Shown here in pieces: positions 8,934 through 18,980 of a stretch of DNA of 64,000 bases. The stretch's first letter is position 1, and the number at the start of each line of letters is the position of its first letter. The translations under genes were made by a program, and so were the position numbers. The notes beneath the pieces are model-generated. The model saw only the letters and a list, made by a program, of their open reading frames with translations, was not told the origin of the DNA and did no database searches. This stretch comes from Deltaproteobacteria bacterium (lineage in GTDB: Bacteria > Myxococcota_A > Polyangia > Fen-1088). The stretch is from assembly GCA_033763315.1 (NCBI GenBank), contig JANRKS010000040.1, positions 96,001-160,000 of the forward strand, given 5' to 3'.

Positions 8934-10268
8934 TTAAGCGATGCCCGGCAACGTGCCGCTGTTGCGGGGACCAATGCCGAAGCTGTTGTCAGACATGCCG
9001 AACAACTGCATGATCGTCACGAACAAACGGTTTGTGGAAGACGTGCCGTTGGCGAAGCTGAGGAATCGATCGGTGCGAATTTTGCCGCCCAAGCTGCCAG
9101 CCAGAATAATGGGGATGCCCATGGTGCTGTGAGACGCGCCATCACCGTATTCGGTGATCCACATGACCAGCGAGTTATCCAACATGGTGCCGTCACCCTC
9201 GGGTACGGCGTTCATAGCGTCAAGAATGTCCTTGAACGCGCTGGCGTACCACGTGAAACCTTTTTGCAGCTCACTGGCAGGCGAGCGTTCGTGCACGCAT
9301 TGATGCCACCCCCCTGGTAAGGAAACGTTGCCCAGCCACGGGAAGCTTTGCGAATCGTAGTTCGTGTCCTGAATTGTGACGATCTGCGCGAAGTTGCAGG
9401 CCATCGCCATCGCGGCGTTCATCGCTTGAGCGCGGTTGACCTTCGAGCCATCGCCCGTTGGTAGCGTGCCAGGCGAGCCACATTTTGCCGCCAATCCACC
9501 TCCCGACGGGATCGGCGTGTTGACGCTTCCCAACTCCTTTTCGAGATCACTCAGACGCTGGGCGTGAATGTCGAGGCGCGTTTGATCCTCTTTGCCCAGT
9601 TGGTTGCGAACGCTCGTGAAGTTCTCCTTCACCAGCGATAGGATGTCTTTGTTCTTGGCGCGCAAACGATCGGCGGCGGTTGCTACAGGAACAGGCGGAG
9701 GTGCGCCACCACCTGTGGCGGGCAACGTCTTGAACAAGCGGTCGAACACCCGCTGAGGGTTGGCCTCGCCGCTGACCGATTGGCCCGGGCCGGAGAACAA
9801 CATCTGGTATTCGCCCACGCCATCGCCGTTGACCTTCAATTCAAGGCTTTTGACGCCCAGCTTTTGCTTCATGTACTGATCAATAGACGGGCCTTTGGCG
9901 GGGCTCCCTTCCCCGTTGGTGAAGTCATTGCATGACAAGATCGAACGCCCCGCCTTGTTGTGGCCGTTGCCACTCATCATGTCGCCGACGACGTTGTCGA
10001 CCGGGTGTAGCAAGTTCAGTTTCGACTTGTACTGATTGAGAGGCGTCAGCACGGGCGGCAAGGCCGCAGGCAACGCAGCACCCGAAGCCACGTTCGGCTT
10101 CCACAGGTTGATCATGTTGCCTTCACCGCTAAAGTAGATCAGCAAGCGCTTGGGGGCGCCCGTTTGCGCAAACGATTTCCCTGCCGTCAATTCAAGCCAG
10201 GGCAAGCCCAACACGGCGCCTGCGGAACCACGGATGAGCGTTCGTCGAGTGATGTTTTTGAAGTGCAT
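8934..10268 (-). CDS. DUF1552 domain protein (Tat-exported)
   Basis: TRRTLIRG twin-arginine signal, LGLPWLE, PSIDQ, NPQRVFDRLF, EGDGTMLDNSLV. Confidence 0.9.
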   Translation of the reverse strand: MHFKNITRRTLIRGSAGAVLGLPWLELTAGKSFAQTGAPKRLLIYFSGEGNMINLWKPNVASGAALPAALPPVLTPLNQYKSKLNLLHPVDNVVGDMMSGNGHNKAGRSILSCNDFTNGEGSPAKGPSIDQYMKQKLGVKSLELKVNGDGVGEYQMLFSGPGQSVSGEANPQRVFDRLFKTLPATGGGAPPPVPVATAADRLRAKNKDILSLVKENFTSVRNQLGKEDQTRLDIHAQRLSDLEKELGSVNTPIPSGGGLAAKCGSPGTLPTGDGSKVNRAQAMNAAMAMACNFAQIVTIQDTNYDSQSFPWLGNVSLPGGWHQCVHERSPASELQKGFTWYASAFKDILDAMNAVPEGDGTMLDNSLVMWITEYGDGASHSTMGIPIILAGSLGGKIRTDRFLSFANGTSSTNRLFVTIMQLFGMSDNSFGIGPRNSGTLPGIA

Positions 10269-10279
10269 TTTGAAACTCC

Positions 10280-11962
10280 TTACTGCACGCGCCGAAAACG
10301 GAACTCATCGGCGGTGACAACCGCCATAACCAGATCGCGCAAGCCTAAGCCAGAATCCGCGAACTTCTTCGCTACCCCTTGGATCGAGCAGCTGTCAGCG
10401 TCGCCGTCGGTCCTCGCATAGCTAAAGCGGAACAGTTGGCGCGACAAACACTCGTGCACCGCGGGGCTCTCAGCCAACCGGCCACCAAGATCGTTGAGCG
10501 AAGTGAACTTGCCCTCAAGCTCCTTCGACGCAGGCTCAACAAACTCACCGCTGGCGTCGATGGCCGAACCATCTTTGGCTTTTTGCCTGAACCGCCCCAG
10601 CTCGTCGAAAGCCTCGAAGCCGAAGCCCAGAGGATCGATCAAGTGGTGGCAGCCGCCACAACGGGGGTTAGCCACACGCACGGTCGATCGCTGCCGTTGG
10701 GTGGCATCCGCAGGCAAGGTAAGGCCCGTTTCAACTGTAAGAGCGTCGTTGGGGGGCGCCGGGAAGGCTTCGCAGGTAAGCTTCGTGCGGACGAACACGC
10801 TGCGGCGAATCGGCGAGGTATCGGTGGAACTGGCCAAACCCGTCAACAAAGCGGGCTGGGTTAACAACCCCGAACGGCCTGTGTAACCACCATTGGCCTT
10901 GATAAAGGCGTCCAAAGTTGGGTTGGCAAACGGCGCGTCTGACGTGAGAAACGTCTTTAAGGTTTTGCCATCGCTCAAGAAGCTGTCAGCCGCGAACTTC
11001 TCGAACTCTGATTGCATCGCTGTGGCAAGTTCAGCGGTATATAACTTGTCGGCCCGTTGACCAGCCGCGGGCAACTTGAAATGCGCCCACTCGCTCACGA
11101 AACGCGCGATGGTGGCACGCGCCTTCGGATCACCCAGCAAACGATCCGCTTGCGCACGAATGTCGTTGGCAGAGTTCAACTTGCCGGCAGCGGCCGCGTC
11201 CAATAACGCGTCGTCTGGAACGGAATCCCATAACAGAAACGACAAACGCGATGCCACTTCATAGCTTGTCAACGCAAGCACTTCGGCGCCCGAGTTGCTT
11301 CCGGCCTCCGTTTGATACGTGAATTCAGGCGAGTTCAAAATCGTTGCCACAACGGCAGCGATGCCGTCCTTGAAGGCGTCGGTGCCCGTGCCGAGTTTGA
11401 AGGCTTTGAGCAAGGTGGCCTTTTCGGAATCAAGCAAAGGCCGACGATAGGCGCGGCGGCCGTAAGTGTCGATGAAGGTTTGGGCACAGGCTTCGTTTGG
11501 CGTTGAAGCACACGGCAACAAAGTTGAAAGCTTATCGACCACCGAAAGCGGAATTGTGATGGCCGCATCATTGAGCTCGCGGGCCACGCCAAGATCAACG
11601 GCGTTGTACCCCGTGTCCGTGGTGAAACCAGACGTTGGCGCGCCCAAGGTTGGAATCGCAAAATCTTTGGGCAACGTGGCCTGGCCCTGAAAAATGTCAC
11701 GGATGGCGTTGCGGTACTGCACTTCCGTGAGCCTGCGCATGGGGACCGCCACCCGGCACGCACCGGGGGGGTTTGGTTCCACAGTGCCGCCACCGCCACC
11801 CGAGTCCCCACCGCCACCACCGCCGCGATCGCCACCAGACTCGCCGCCGGCTTGGCCCACGGAGCCAGTGCAGGCGCCACCCACCAGGGCGAAACCCGCA
11901 AACAGGAAGAACGCCGATCGAAATTCTTTGTGCAACACTTTTGAACCTCCTAGTGCCACCAC
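10280..11962 (-). CDS. DUF1592/1588/1595/1585 multi-domain lipoprotein
   Basis: MRRLTEVQY, RRAYRRPL, ASRLSFLLW..PD, SPIRRSVFVR, CGGCH, DPLGFGFEAFDELGRFR. Confidence 0.9.
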   Translation of the reverse strand: MVALGGSKVLHKEFRSAFFLFAGFALVGGACTGSVGQAGGESGGDRGGGGGGDSGGGGGTVEPNPPGACRVAVPMRRLTEVQYRNAIRDIFQGQATLPKDFAIPTLGAPTSGFTTDTGYNAVDLGVARELNDAAITIPLSVVDKLSTLLPCASTPNEACAQTFIDTYGRRAYRRPLLDSEKATLLKAFKLGTGTDAFKDGIAAVVATILNSPEFTYQTEAGSNSGAEVLALTSYEVASRLSFLLWDSVPDDALLDAAAAGKLNSANDIRAQADRLLGDPKARATIARFVSEWAHFKLPAAGQRADKLYTAELATAMQSEFEKFAADSFLSDGKTLKTFLTSDAPFANPTLDAFIKANGGYTGRSGLLTQPALLTGLASSTDTSPIRRSVFVRTKLTCEAFPAPPNDALTVETGLTLPADATQRQRSTVRVANPRCGGCHHLIDPLGFGFEAFDELGRFRQKAKDGSAIDASGEFVEPASKELEGKFTSLNDLGGRLAESPAVHECLSRQLFRFSYARTDGDADSCSIQGVAKKFADSGLGLRDLVMAVVTADEFRFRRVQ

Positions 11963-12194
11963 CGGTCGTCCCCGGGTGGGGAGCCGCCAAACGAGCCGCT
12001 CCCGTGTTTCGTTACTCTAACGCCCAGTTCCCTGAAGTGAATCACCTGTTCGTTGGATGGAACGTTTTTTGGTACTAAAGCACTAGAAGACCTACCCAAT
12101 CGGCAGCACGGAGCAAATTGCTTAATGGCTTCCAGCGGTATGAGACACGCAGACGCACGTACTCCGCGCGACACTAGAATACCTTCCCATACAA

Positions 12195-12238
12195 AGTTCA
12201 AAGGCGCACCCTGAGCTCAAGTGGCCCGGGGTGCGCCT
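12195..12238 (-). terminator. Probable intrinsic terminator after the protease gene
   Basis: AGGCGCACCC...GGGTGCGCCT stem followed on the minus strand by TTGAACTTT. Confidence 0.6.
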
Positions 12239-12262
12239 CAGCTGCATTGCGTCTGCTCTTGT

Positions 12263-13594
12263 CTACTTCACAGAAAACGACTTATTCGCGAGAGCGGAGA
12301 AATCGGGTGCTTTTTTGGGGTCGCCCTTCGGTGCGGGAGGCGGGGCCAGCACTGTGTCTCCACACGCGACTCCAACCGGCGTGGCCTGACACTGCAAGCC
12401 CAACAAGTCGCAATCGAGCGCCGAGATTCGGCGTGCGCCTTCACCTATGCCTGTGCAACGGGAGGCCACGTTGCCAACGCACGAACCGGCGTCTGTGAGA
12501 TCCTTGCAGGGGTCAGTCCACTTGGCTGACGCTTTGACGTAAGCCAACACTTCCGTGCCGAAGGTGGCGTACACAGTGCCGAAGTCGCAGACGCTCTTTG
12601 ATGAGCCCACGCCACCGGAGACCACACCCCAGGCTTCATAGTTGGCTGTCTTGGCGTTATAGCGAATCAACGGGCTGCCCGAATCGCCGTAGCAAGGTTG
12701 TGCGTCGCCAGGCTGGCCACCGGTCACCGCTTCATACCCGCTCAGCAACAGAGTTGAGTCGTAAATGTAGCGTGCAAAGGCCGTGGGATCGTAGGGAGGA
12801 AAACCTCCGTCATTAATGCCGCCGCCACCATCCACAGCGACGCCTCCATCGGCGACAGAGCCACCGGCATCCGTGGGCGTGGGCATCGGCGGACGCGCAT
12901 CAGACGAATCGAGTGTCCCGCTGTAATAGCCTTGGCTCGTGAACCAAGCGTAGAACTTATCGAAGTTGCCAAACAGCGCCTCGAAGACCCGGCCCTCAAC
13001 CGCTTTCACCGTTTGCGTGCCCACGCGGCGTTGACCAGATTGGCCGGCGTTGTTCATCACGCCATAACCGATGGCCACCATCTTCTGGCCAATCTGCTTT
13101 TCGGTAAGAGTCTTTGGAACCACGGGCGCAATGTCTGTGACGGGTGATTCCAGATGAACCACCGCCACGTCTTGCCCCATACCGACGAAGCCACCGATGT
13201 CGCCCGGGGCTTGATCGTACTCAACGATGGGAATGATGCGCGACGGGGCCGCCGAGTTAGAGCCCACAGCGAAGCCGGCCTTGAGCCCGTAGTACGAGAT
13301 TTGATCCAGGATCTGGGCACAGTGTTTCGCCGTCATCACGCTTTCGGCGCCCACCAAGGATCCACTGCAAAAGGCTTCCGGTGGGCTATACGGCGATCTG
13401 GGATCGTAGGCCACCAAGGCCCCCACAAAATCGAGACGTTTGTCACCCGCGGGAAAACCTCCGATCAACTCTTGCGCTTCGGGGTCATCGGGCGTGGCGG
13501 GCGTTTGAGGGGAAGCGCCATCGCAGCCGAAGCCACTCAATGTTGCGGAGATGGTGAAAATTAAACTCGTACGTCGAAGAATATTGGTTTTCAT
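12263..13594 (-). CDS. Trypsin-like (S1) serine protease, lipoprotein
   Basis: LIGG, CSGSLV, TAKHC, DVAV, CYGDSGSP catalytic triad motifs; Cys-rich C-terminus. Confidence 0.9.
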   Translation of the reverse strand: MKTNILRRTSLIFTISATLSGFGCDGASPQTPATPDDPEAQELIGGFPAGDKRLDFVGALVAYDPRSPYSPPEAFCSGSLVGAESVMTAKHCAQILDQISYYGLKAGFAVGSNSAAPSRIIPIVEYDQAPGDIGGFVGMGQDVAVVHLESPVTDIAPVVPKTLTEKQIGQKMVAIGYGVMNNAGQSGQRRVGTQTVKAVEGRVFEALFGNFDKFYAWFTSQGYYSGTLDSSDARPPMPTPTDAGGSVADGGVAVDGGGGINDGGFPPYDPTAFARYIYDSTLLLSGYEAVTGGQPGDAQPCYGDSGSPLIRYNAKTANYEAWGVVSGGVGSSKSVCDFGTVYATFGTEVLAYVKASAKWTDPCKDLTDAGSCVGNVASRCTGIGEGARRISALDCDLLGLQCQATPVGVACGDTVLAPPPAPKGDPKKAPDFSALANKSFSVK

Positions 13595-13731
13595 AGAAAG
13601 CTCCTCAGTTCACGGACAAATCCCTGACCGGTCTGCGCAGAGGTTGTCGCAGAGAAACTTTCGCCATAGCCCCAGCTGGGTGGCCCTTAGTAACGATGGG
13701 CGCGGACCTTGGATGCCCTATAGTGCCGCGG

Positions 13732-15513
13732 ATGCTCGCTCGTTTTGCCTTCACCGTTGCTGTTGTCGCTGTTGCAGCCTCTGCGTCTTTTGCACAAGTG
13801 GCGCCTCCCTTACCTTTGGATCTGCAGTACGTACCGCTTAGCCACGACGGCTCTTATCTGACCCTGGCACATCTGACAGCCACCGATACACGAAGCGAGG
13901 GGCTCTATCTGCGCAGTGTCAGGGGGGCGACAGATCATCAAAGCATGCTGCTCTTCGAAACTTTGCGAAATGGGGCGGTGGTGCGAACGCGTGAACACGC
14001 GACGGCGCTGGGTGTTCGTTTGCAGGCCGAAGGTGGCGCCGTGGAGCTGGCCTTCGATGGGCCTGGATCCGTGCGTGTGCGATCAAGTGGCGGTCTCAGC
14101 GTGCGCGTGAAGGTTGTATATCTGCGCGACGCGGACGACGCGTGGCGGGCGGCCGCTGATCGGGTGGTGCTGAATGTGGCCTCGAATAAACTGAAGCTGA
14201 TGCTGCAAACGATGCAGGGGCAGATGGAGGTGGTGCGAGGTCAAGCGCCCAAGAGCCTTGGTTTCATCGTTACCCCAGGGGCCGACGATGTTGCGGAGGT
14301 GGCGATCGATGAGTTTCATTCCACGTGGCGTGCGCCCGCCGCCCGGCCATCGTTCGAGCGATTGGGGCCCGCCATCGCCGACAAGCTTTCGGCCTGGCGC
14401 AGGCAGCTGCCGCGCGCACCAATAGATCTTGAGGCGGGCGCTCGGATGGCGTCGTTCATCTTGTGGTCGAACCGCGTGGGCCCACGGTTGCTATTGTCTC
14501 GCAAGGCGATCTTCTCAACCAAGAATACCTTGATCGGCGATTGGGGCTGGGATCACGCTTTTCATGCGCTGGCGTTGGCCGCCGAAGCGCCCGACGCTGC
14601 GTGGGATGAACTGATGGTGGTCCTCGAAGCGCAAGATGAATATGGCGCCATCCCCGATCGTCTCAACGATACCGTTCGCACCTTCGACTTCACCAAGCCG
14701 CCTGTTCAGGGCTGGGCGCTTCGGCGGATGATGAAAGACAATCCCCAGGCCTTCATCAAGCCAGCCCGCACGAAGGAGGTCTACGTGCGGCTGGTGCAGC
14801 AAGCGCAATGGTGGTTGAGCCGCGATGACGATCACGATGGTTTGCCACAGTACGAGCACGGCAATGATTCAGGCTGGGACAATGCCTCGCCTTTCGTGTT
14901 GGGCGTGCCTTTGGAATCGCCTGACTTAGCCTCCTATTTGGCGGTGAAAATGGATGTTCTGGCCGATCTGGCGGGACGTCTGGGTAAGCAGGCGGAAGCG
15001 CGTGAATGGAAGCAACGGTCAACGGCGCTAATCGAGAAGATGCTGTCCGCGTTCTGGCGAGCGGATCGCTTCGTGGCCACACTTTCGGGCACCGACCGCT
15101 TCATCGCCAGCGATTCGCTGCTGTTGTGGGTGCCGCTGATCTTGGGCAACAGGCTCCCCGCAGCCGTTCGCTCCAGCTTGCTCAACACGATCACTAAGTT
15201 CGTCACCGCGCAAGGGCTGGCCACCGAGTGGCCGCAGAGCCCGCTCTATGAACCCGACGGTTATTGGCGGGGCCCCGTATGGGGTCCTTCCACGCTGCTT
15301 ATCGTTGATGGCCTCTTGGCGTCGGGCGCGCGCGATTTAGCGTTGCAGGTGGCGCGTGCCTATTGCCGAACGCTTCAGTCAACGTCGATGCCCGAAAACT
15401 ATGATGCGCTGACGGGGCAGCCGCGCAAAGACACGGCGTTCAGCTGGACCGCAGCAGCCTACTTGGTACTCGCAGGGGAGTTAGCGACTGGGCCGCAAGA
15501 CGTCCGCAGATGA
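13732..15513 (+). CDS. Exported (alpha/alpha)6 glycoside hydrolase, GH63/MGH1-like
   Basis: Signal peptide, WGWDHAF, TKPPVQGW, NDSGWDNA, YWRGPVW, PENYD, FSWTAA. Confidence 0.85.
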   Translation: MLARFAFTVAVVAVAASASFAQVAPPLPLDLQYVPLSHDGSYLTLAHLTATDTRSEGLYLRSVRGATDHQSMLLFETLRNGAVVRTREHATALGVRLQAEGGAVELAFDGPGSVRVRSSGGLSVRVKVVYLRDADDAWRAAADRVVLNVASNKLKLMLQTMQGQMEVVRGQAPKSLGFIVTPGADDVAEVAIDEFHSTWRAPAARPSFERLGPAIADKLSAWRRQLPRAPIDLEAGARMASFILWSNRVGPRLLLSRKAIFSTKNTLIGDWGWDHAFHALALAAEAPDAAWDELMVVLEAQDEYGAIPDRLNDTVRTFDFTKPPVQGWALRRMMKDNPQAFIKPARTKEVYVRLVQQAQWWLSRDDDHDGLPQYEHGNDSGWDNASPFVLGVPLESPDLASYLAVKMDVLADLAGRLGKQAEAREWKQRSTALIEKMLSAFWRADRFVATLSGTDRFIASDSLLLWVPLILGNRLPAAVRSSLLNTITKFVTAQGLATEWPQSPLYEPDGYWRGPVWGPSTLLIVDGLLASGARDLALQVARAYCRTLQSTSMPENYDALTGQPRKDTAFSWTAAAYLVLAGELATGPQDVRR

Positions 15514-15602
15514 TCGATTTGGTTTCGCTCACGCATCATCAGCAAGCCCTTCTTACGTGACCGTCTCAAACACCACCGGCACGTTCGCACTTTGAAGGCC
15601 GC

Positions 15603-16907
15603 TTAGTAATTGAACTGCACCTGCACCCGGGTCAGTTGGCCATCTTGCTTCGTGTAAGGGTACTTATCGCTCGTGCGGCTTGAGACGGCGTAGGCCAACG
15701 TCAATTCAACGGCACTGTACGGTTGCCACTCAATGCCCGTCTCCCATTCTCTCACGCTATACCGAGGCGCGTTCGGTTCGAACTTCTTGCCACCTTCATA
15801 GTAGGTGCCGCGGCTGTAGGGCGTGATGCTCTGGCCGTCGGCCGTGTCGAGCTTGTACATCAGCTGCGCGTAGCCACCGTGCAACGGTCGGTTGCGGATG
15901 ATGGTGGTTTGGTTTTTTCCAAGCGCTGGTCCCTCGCCAAAGTTCCATTCAGCCTGAAAACCAAACGGCTGCGGGTACACAGTCAAGCTGCCCGCCGCGC
16001 GCCAGTCTTGGTAGGTGTTATCGGTTTGGGTTGAGGTGATGGTTGTGCCGCCGGATGGTTGTGCCAAGGCAATCGTGTATTTGCCCATGTAGCCCCCAAC
16101 GCCCACTTCAACGAATTGCTTGCCGAACAGGAAGGGGTAAGTCACGCGAGCCACTTTGTGCAGGTTGTCGTTGCGCTCGGGCCGGTTCGCATTCTGACCA
16201 TTGAACACACCCGCCGCCAAAACACCGTAATCGCCAGAGCCTTTGAGGCCTGAATCCACCAGGTGCTTAAAGCGTTTGCGAATCTCTTCCGGAGCCCAAT
16301 AGAAGAACACCCCAATGTCGCGTTCATCTTTGACGGCGCTGTTGATGGCGTCATTGCGGTCTAAAGCCAGACGGTTGCTGCTGCTCTGCATGTTCTCAAA
16401 ACCGTACGGCACCTTCGACTGGCCCACACGGAATCGAAATTCCTTCTTCTTGTCTAAGCTGACGTCGGCGTACCAATCGCGAAGGATGGCCACGTGAAGC
16501 TGCTCGCCTATGGTTGAAGCAAAGTCAGGCTGCAAGTAAACGAATACATGTTCGTGTACGTCGCCCTGAATGATCAAGCGTGCGCGACGCAAAGCAAAGC
16601 CGTTGCCCTTACCAATGCTGCGGTCGCCTTGTGTATTGATGAGAGCGTCGTTTTCGTCAAAGCTGGGCAAGCGGTTGTAGCGCAGCTGGGTGTAGCCGCG
16701 GATTCTCAATAGTTCGTACCAATGTTTCTTGGCCGGAGCGGCCGCAGGTGCCACCACCTCAAGTGCGGCCGGCGCAGCCGCCACAGGGCCGCTGGGGGCT
16801 GGGGCGGTGGGCAGTGGCACGGGGGCTTCGGTTTGCGCTTCGGCAAGGGCGCAGCATGCCACCGTGGCCACAAAAGCAACAATTTGGAGAGATTTTCGTA
16901 ACAACAT
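15603..16907 (-). CDS. OprO/OprP family phosphate-selective porin
   Basis: Signal peptide, LRRARL, GQSKVPYGFEN, DERDIG, C-terminal VQVQFNY; Pho-box-like site upstream. Confidence 0.85.
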   Translation of the reverse strand: MLLRKSLQIVAFVATVACCALAEAQTEAPVPLPTAPAPSGPVAAAPAALEVVAPAAAPAKKHWYELLRIRGYTQLRYNRLPSFDENDALINTQGDRSIGKGNGFALRRARLIIQGDVHEHVFVYLQPDFASTIGEQLHVAILRDWYADVSLDKKKEFRFRVGQSKVPYGFENMQSSSNRLALDRNDAINSAVKDERDIGVFFYWAPEEIRKRFKHLVDSGLKGSGDYGVLAAGVFNGQNANRPERNDNLHKVARVTYPFLFGKQFVEVGVGGYMGKYTIALAQPSGGTTITSTQTDNTYQDWRAAGSLTVYPQPFGFQAEWNFGEGPALGKNQTTIIRNRPLHGGYAQLMYKLDTADGQSITPYSRGTYYEGGKKFEPNAPRYSVREWETGIEWQPYSAVELTLAYAVSSRTSDKYPYTKQDGQLTRVQVQFNY

Positions 16908-16937
16908 GGTGAATGGCCGCGGATACTAGGGGCCATT

Positions 16938-16966
16938 TATGACAATTCGGTGACAACGCCGTAACG
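16938..16966 (-). promoter_or_regulatory. Pho-box-like site (three half-sites at 11-bp period)
   Basis: Minus strand cGTTACggcgttGTCACcgaattGTCATa, about 30 nt upstream of the porin start. Confidence 0.65.
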
Positions 16967-17024
16967 ATCATGAACGCGGGCGCCGCCTTGAATTCGCGGC
17001 TTCACAGCCGCAATCGGACAAAAG

Positions 17025-18971
17025 TTAACGCAGTAGCAATTGCAGTGCCGTCGTGGCCGTGGCCACGCCCTCGGCGATGCGTTCAAGTTGGACCCGCGTG
17101 GGAACGTCGCCCGCCAGTGCGGTTCGTTCAACCAAGGCCAAACGCCGCGCAAGTACGCGCGCGCCGATCATGCGCGCGTGCCCCTTCAAGTCATGCGCAA
17201 CCGCGGCCACATGATTTGAATCACCGAGCTCAGCTTGCTCTTGCAACTTGCGCAGCGATTGTGTCATCGCTGCGCAAACGCGCGGACCGAAAGTTTGCAA
17301 CAGGCTTGCGCCGCCCACGCTGGCGCTTTGCTTAAGGTCGTTGATTACCTTCGCATCTAGCACCGGCTTAGGCTTCTTTCGCGCGGACCGCACGCGCCGC
17401 GGCTGCGATTGGAGCAACAAGCGCTTTAGATCCGTCAAGCGCACGGGCTTGCCCAAGAAACCATCCATGCCGGCGTTCGAACAAGCTTGCCGATCTTCGG
17501 CCAGGACGTTGGCCGTCATCGCGTAGATGCGGGGCTGGCCGAGCGCACTTTGCCGAAGCTTCGTTGTTGTTTGTAGACCGTCCATGTCGGGCATCCGCAG
17601 ATCCATGAGCAACAGGTCGTAAGGCACTCGCTTTGCCATCTGCACCGCGGTGCGACCATTGGCAGCCACGTCGCTTGGAAAACCTAAGTGCCGAAGCATG
17701 GCCTGAGCCAATTCACGCGCCTCCGCATTGTCGTCCACAACAAGAATGCGGAGCTTCGGTTGATGCGCCGGTGGCTCCGGCTCGTAGGTGGGAGCCGGCG
17801 GCCTTGCTTGGCTTGCCCGCGCTTGAACAAACGGGACAACGGCCACGAAGCACGCCCCCTTGGGCTTTTTGCGGAATGTGAGCGAGCCGCCCATCGCCGT
17901 GGCCAGCTTGTGGCTAATCGCCAGGCCCAAGCCGCTGCCGCCGTAGCGCCGCGTGGTTGAAGCGTCGCCTTGCGAAAATGGCTCAAACAAACGCCTCGCG
18001 GCCTTGGCGTCGATGCCTATGCCGGTGTCAGATACCGCAAACGTGACATGTACACGCTGGCCCTCGCCCACGCGCGCGCGAACGTCTACGGTCACCGCAC
18101 CTCGTTCGGTGAATTTGACGGCGTTGTTTACCAAATTGGCAAGGATCTGTTGCACTCGATAGCTGTCACCGACCACAGAAAGCCGAGCCGAACGCGCCAA
18201 CTTCACATCTAAGGCTAGGCGCTTCTCTTTTGCTTTCGGTTTGATCGCTTCCACCACCGCCTGCACAACATCGACCACATCGAAACGGTGTCGCTCCAAT
18301 TGCGGCGTCACAGCTTGCAGTGATGAGAAATTCAAGATGTCATCAACGATCTTCAGCAGCATCTCGTTCTGCTGGCTCAAGATCTTAAGATAGCGTCGTT
18401 GTTCCGACGTCAGCTCCGTGCGCTCAATAAGTTGGGCATAACCCGAGATGCATTGGATAGGCGATCGTATCTCGTGGCTCATCGTGGCCAAAAAATCGCT
18501 TTTGGCGCGGTCAGCTTCTTCAGCGCGGGTCTTTGCTTGCCGAAGATCATCTTCGGCGCGCTTTCGCGCATCAACATCGCGGACGCTCGTGCGATACCCC
18601 TGCCATGTGCCGTCCGCGGCATACAAGGATTGCCACGAGATGGCGCCCCAGCGCGTCCCCCCATCCTTGCGCAGAATGCGGAACTCTAAATCATTGCCGC
18701 TTTGCCGCTGGGCAGCGCTTTGCAGCGCCTTGCGCACACGCGGGCGGTCGTCCTTATACACGAGGCGCAAAGGATAGTTGCGCATCGATAAGCACGCATG
18801 AACATCGAACCCTGTCATGCGCTCGACGGCGGGATTGATCCACCGCGTGACCCCCTGCGGGTCAACCCAGCTTTCCCAGTCGTACGTGTAATCGGCGATG
18901 GCGCGGAACAGCGCTGTTAGTTGTGGATCGGCAAACGCCCCCTGCGAGCTCACGATCGATTTCGGCATCAC
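17025..18971 (-). CDS. PAS-HisKA-HATPase-REC-Hpt hybrid histidine kinase
   Basis: MSHEIRSP H-box, NLVNNAVKFT, DTGIG, GSGLGL, DLRMPDMDG, AHDLKG Hpt motif. Confidence 0.95.
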   Translation of the reverse strand: MMPKSIVSSQGAFADPQLTALFRAIADYTYDWESWVDPQGVTRWINPAVERMTGFDVHACLSMRNYPLRLVYKDDRPRVRKALQSAAQRQSGNDLEFRILRKDGGTRWGAISWQSLYAADGTWQGYRTSVRDVDARKRAEDDLRQAKTRAEEADRAKSDFLATMSHEIRSPIQCISGYAQLIERTELTSEQRRYLKILSQQNEMLLKIVDDILNFSSLQAVTPQLERHRFDVVDVVQAVVEAIKPKAKEKRLALDVKLARSARLSVVGDSYRVQQILANLVNNAVKFTERGAVTVDVRARVGEGQRVHVTFAVSDTGIGIDAKAARRLFEPFSQGDASTTRRYGGSGLGLAISHKLATAMGGSLTFRKKPKGACFVAVVPFVQARASQARPPAPTYEPEPPAHQPKLRILVVDDNAEARELAQAMLRHLGFPSDVAANGRTAVQMAKRVPYDLLLMDLRMPDMDGLQTTTKLRQSALGQPRIYAMTANVLAEDRQACSNAGMDGFLGKPVRLTDLKRLLLQSQPRRVRSARKKPKPVLDAKVINDLKQSASVGGASLLQTFGPRVCAAMTQSLRKLQEQAELGDSNHVAAVAHDLKGHARMIGARVLARRLALVERTALAGDVPTRVQLERIAEGVATATTALQLLLR

Positions 18972-18980
18972 CCCACCAGA

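Noticed and set aside
15603-16907. Porin as the outer-membrane part of the SulP-CA module
   Set aside because: Separated from it by three genes and preceded by a Pho-box-like site, which favours a phosphate role. Not fully excluded.
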